Source: Mytilus californianus
Taxonomy: Eukaryota
Reading direction: 5' to 3'
DNA length: 64,000 nucleotides
NCBI RefSeq assembly: GCF_021869535.1
Contig: NW_026262679.1
Coordinates: forward strand, 28,272,001-28,336,000
In this document: in pieces, positions 59,556 through 64,000 of the stretch
How positions within the stretch are numbered: the stretch's first letter is position 1
How the letters are laid out: each line of letters begins with the position of its first letter
The notes under the pieces: generated by a model
Databases searched by the model: none
The model's input: the letters and a program-made list of their open reading frames with translations, nothing else
What the model was told of the DNA's origin: nothing
Translations under genes and position numbers: made by a program

Positions 59556-62500
59556 GTCGTATATTGGTATGACGTTGGCGTCGTTGTCGTCCGAAGACAC
59601 ATTGGTTTTCGCACTCTAACTTTAGTTTAAGTGAATGGATCTCAATGACATTGTACCATAAGGTTCAATACCACAAAAGGAAGGTGGGGATTGATTTTGG
59701 GGGTTATGGTACCAACAGTTAAGGAATTAGGGGCCAAAAATAAGCATTTTTATACACCCGTTTACGGGACGTATTATGGTATTCCGTTGTCCGTCTGTCC
59801 GTCCGTCCGTATGTCCGTCTGTCCGTCCGTCGTCAACATGTCGGACATTAACTCAAAAACGCTTTAACCAATTTGCATAAAACTTTGGTGAATTGTTTGT
59901 ATCTATTGACGTGAGCTCCCTTTCGTTTTTTATAAATTTTAGATTTTACGTTTCCGAGTTATGGGGTTTTATTCATTAAAAAAAGGGGGATTTTCCAGTT
60001 TTCGGACAATTACTCAAGAATGCTTTCACCAACTTGCAAGAAATTATGGTGAATTGTTTATATCTATTGACATGAGCTCCCTTTCAATTTTTATGTATTT
60101 TAGATTTTACGTTTCCGAGTTACAGGGTTTTATTCATAAAAAAAGGGGGATTTTCCAGTTTTCGAACAAAAAATCAAAAATGCTTTCAGCAGTTAGTATG
60201 AAACTTTGGTGAATTGTTTATATCTATTGATGTAAGCTCCGTTTAGAATTTTATAAATTTTACATTTTACATTTCTGAGTTATGGGGTTTTATTCATTAA
60301 AAAAGGGGGGATTTTTCAGTTTTCAGACAATAACTCAAAAATGCTGACAGCAATTCTCATGAAACTTTGGTGAATTGTTTATATCTATTGATGTAAGCTC
60401 CCTTTACATTTTCATAAATTTCTAATATGACATTGAGAATTAATTGAACTTTATTTGTTTATAGTCTGACAACAGATTTACTAAGTATTGCACAACAGCA
60501 CAGTGTATTGCACAACAGCAAGAAATCTTTAATTGAATATAAATTCAATTCATATAACCAATTTCAAGTTCTTAGACTACATTTATTCAGAAACCTATAA
60601 TATGTCAAATATTTAATACAATCCAAATTCAGACCTGTATCAAGCTTGAATATTGTGTCCATTTTTGCCCCAACTGTTCAGGGTTGGACCTCTGCGGGCG
60701 TATCCAGCTGCGCTCAGCGAAGCAGTTTATTGTAACTTCCAGACATAACTTGTGTGTTAGTGTATGGATCTCTCTGACATTGTACCACAAGGTTCCATAT
60801 CACAAAGGGAATGCTGGGATTGATTTTGGGGGTAATTGCCTCCAAATTTTAGGAATTAGGGGCAAAAAAGGGGCAAAAAACAAGCATTTTTATACGACCG
60901 CAAAAAAATTTTGTGGTCGTATATTGGTATGACGTTGTCGTCGTCGTCGTCGTCGTCGTCGTCCGGCGTCGTCGTCCGAATACACAATGGTTTTCGCACT
61001 CTAACTTTAGTTTAAGTGAATGGATCTCTATGAAATTTTACCATAAGGTTCATTACCACAATAGGAAGGTGGGGATTGATTTTGGGGGTTATGGTACCAA
61101 CAGTTAAATAATTAGGGGCCAAAAAGGGGCCGAAAATAAGCATTTTTGTAACTTCCAGACATAACTTGTGTGTTATTGTATGGATCTCTTTGACATAGTA
61201 ATACAAGATTCCATATCACAAAGGGTCGATGATGGGATTGATTTTGGGGTTAATTTCCTCGAAATTTTAGGAATAAGGGGCCAAAAGGGGGCAAAAAACA
61301 AGCATTTTTCTAGTTTCATGACAATAACTTGTGTGTAAGTGTATGGATCTTTCTGAAATTTTACTACAAGGTTCCATTTCGCAAAGGGAAAGCTGGAATT
61401 GAGTTTTGTGGTAATTGCCCAAAACGTTTAGTAATAAGGGGCCTAAAAAGGGGTGAAAAATAAGCATTTTTTAGTTTCTAGACAATAACTTGTGTTCAAG
61501 TGTATGGATCTCTCTAAAATTGTATTACAAGGTACCATACCACAAAGGCAAGGCTGTTATTGAGCTTGGTTTGGGGGGGAAGGGGGGGGGGGGGTGATGA
61601 ATCATAGGGGGGGGGGGGGGGGGTCAAAAAAGGGGTAATTATTTTTTTTCGTTTAAGGAATAAGGGGAAAAAAGGTTAAAAAACTAGGGTTTCCATTTTA
61701 ATAGACAAATAATTGAGTAAAGAACATTATTTAAAAGCAGTGTAAGGTTGGTAATTCAAACTCATTTAAATATCTCACCTGCACTATGTTTGAATTATGT
61801 AAATTGGAAATTTGCCAATTATTTTAGTATAATAAACTTCATTGGAAATTTGCCAATATAAAATTTTGCTGATGAAGGTTTTTTGTTTACCTTTAGTCTG
61901 ACTATGATGTCATTTTCTATTTTAATAGCGTTATGATGTAGTTAAATTTTTTTTAATACTTTTATGATGTATTTTAATGCGCATTTATGGTTGCAAATTT
62001 ATTGTTTTAATATAATAAACTCCATTGGAAATTTACCAATAGTTTGTTTATTTTTAGCTATGACTATGATGTCATTTTCTATTTAATTTTAAGGTTACAA
62101 ATTAATTTCAGTTTTAAATATTATTGTAAAATGTTAGCCCAAAACATTTATTAATAAGTGGCCAAAAAAGGGGGCAAAAATAAGCATTTTATTAGTTTCC
62201 AGACATTAACTTGTGTTCAAGTGTATGGATTTCTCTGAAATTGTACTTAAAGGTACCATACCACAAAGGGAAGTGGGTCAAAAAAATTTTTTTGGGGGGG
62301 GGGATTTTTTTCCTTTTTTTTTTCTTTAAAATTTTCCATTTTAAGTTGGTTAATTCTGATCACAAAGAGAAAGTTGGAATTGAGTTTGGGGGATAATTGC
62401 TCAAATGTTTAGGAATAAGGGGCTAAAAAAGGGGTTAAAAATAAGCATTTTTTTTTAGTTTCCAACAATTAATTGTGTTTAAGTAATTGGATCTCTGTGA

Positions 62501-64000
62501 AATTGTACTGCAAGGTACCATACCACAAACTGAAGGCTGGGATTGAGTTTGGGGGGGGCGTGATGTGTGAAAATTTTCCACTTAAAGTTGGTTAATTATT
62601 TCTGATTTAGATATAAAAGCAAATAATAATGATGTGGTTTGATTTTATCAAAAACTTAAATTGAAGTTATGTATATTGTAAATTTAGGTTACATTGGAAT
62701 TTAAGAATTGGCTTTGGGGTAGGGTTATGGCTCAAACTTTTAAATAATAAGGGAAAAAAAGGTGAAAAAACAAGGGTTTCCAGGTTAATAGACAAATAAG
62801 TACAAAACATTATTTAAAAGCAGTGTAAGGTTGGTAATTCAAACTCATTTAAATATCTCACTTACACTGCTTTTAAATTATGTAAATTGGAAATTTTCCA
62901 ATAACTTTATTGTTAATAAATGCATTGGAAATTTGCCAACAATTTTAGTATAATAAACTTCATTGGAAATTTGCCAATATAAAATTTTGCTGATGAAGGT
63001 TTTTTGTTTACCTTTAGCCTTGACTATGAAGTCATTTTCTATTTTTATAGCCTTATGATGTAGTTGAATTATTTAATACTTTTATGATGTGTTAAATGGG
63101 GTTTTATGGTTGCAAATTTATTGTTTTAGTTTAATAAACTCCATTTAAAATTTGGTAATAAAAAAAATTTTTGTTTATTTTTAGCTATGATTATGATGTC
63201 ATTTTCTATTTTACTTTTATGGTTGCAAAGAAATTTTTATTTTTAGATATTACTGTTAAATGATGCTGATTAAGGTTTTTGCTATGTTTAGCCATGACTA
63301 TTATGTCACTTTCTATTTTAATATCTGTCATGATGTATTTAAATGGGCTTTTATGGTTACAAAGGAATTTTATTTTTAGATATTACTGTAAAATGTTGCT
63401 GATTAAGGATTTTGTGTTCAAGTGTATGGATCTCTCTGAAATTGTACTGCAAGGTACCATACCACAAAGGGAAGGCTGGGATTGAGTTTGGGGGTGCTGA
63501 ATCATAAGGGGGTTTCAAAAAATTTGGGGGGGGGATTTTTTTTCCTTTTTTTTCTTTAAAATTTTCCATTTTAAATTGGTTATTTCTGATTTATATATAA
63601 AAGCAAATAATAATGATATGGTTTGAATAGGTAAATTAAAAAATTTTAAGTTCTTAGACTACTTTCATTCTGTGTGAGAAACCTATGCTGTGTCAAATAT
63701 TTAATTACAATCCAAATTCAGTGCTGTATCAAGCTTGAATGTTGTGTCCATACTTGCCCCAACTGTTCAGGGTTCGACCTCTGCGGTCGTATCAAGCTGC
63801 GCCCCAGCGGAGCATTTTATTCTAGTTTCATGACAATAACTTGTGTGTAAGTGTATGGATCTCTCTGACATTGTACCACAAGGTTCCATATTACAAAGGG
63901 AATGCTGGGATTGATTTTGGGGGTAATTGCCTCCAAATTTTAGGAATTAGGGGCCAAAAAGGGGCAAAAAATAAGCATTTTTCTAGTTTCATGACAATAA
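59556..64000 (+). mobile_element. Nested Helentron-type elements and their satellite arrays in PSMD4 intron 6
   Basis: The outer element from ~59556 is interrupted by ~59750-60730 and by a complete element ~60887-63820 (subTIRs TATACGACCGCA / TGCGGTCGTAT, (GTC)n, an internal ~1.09-kb duplication 61690 vs 62775). Confidence 0.8.

Noticed and set aside
59987-60156. Two NF-kB-like GGGATTTTCC sites
   Set aside because: They are simply part of a tandemly repeated TE core in an intron; no independent support.
61570-61623. G-quadruplex-forming poly-G runs (also 33893-33917)
   Set aside because: Homopolymer expansions inside repeats, length error-prone in assemblies, with no evidence of function.

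Overview
AT-rich eukaryotic (animal) genomic DNA with spliced genes, most likely a mytilid mussel (Mytilus). That assignment is inferred from a 173-bp ApaI-type satellite and the repeat families; no database search was run. Left 42 kb: a minus-strand tandem cluster of fibrinogen-related-domain (FReD, ficolin-like) lectin genes. D is complete (5 exons, 245 aa, signal peptide). C has an intact 4-exon domain but no leader exon was found. B is 5'-truncated and frameshifted. A is an orphan last exon with two nonsense codons, carried on a ~6.5 kb partial duplication of D's 3' end. Right 19 kb: a complete 6-exon RCCD1 gene (minus strand, GC-AG first intron) head-to-head with the first 6 coding exons of PSMD4/Rpn10. 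The rest is packed with Penelope-like (Naiad-type) RT remnants, Helentron-type non-autonomous elements with internal satellites (some nested in each other), MITEs and SINEs. There are five copies of ~360-nt retrozyme-like monomers carrying minimal type I hammerhead ribozymes, all on the minus strand like the FReD genes. These monomers also share a second conserved, partly covarying pseudoknot-like RNA module that I cannot assign to a known class. No CRISPR array, rRNA or true tRNA gene was seen.
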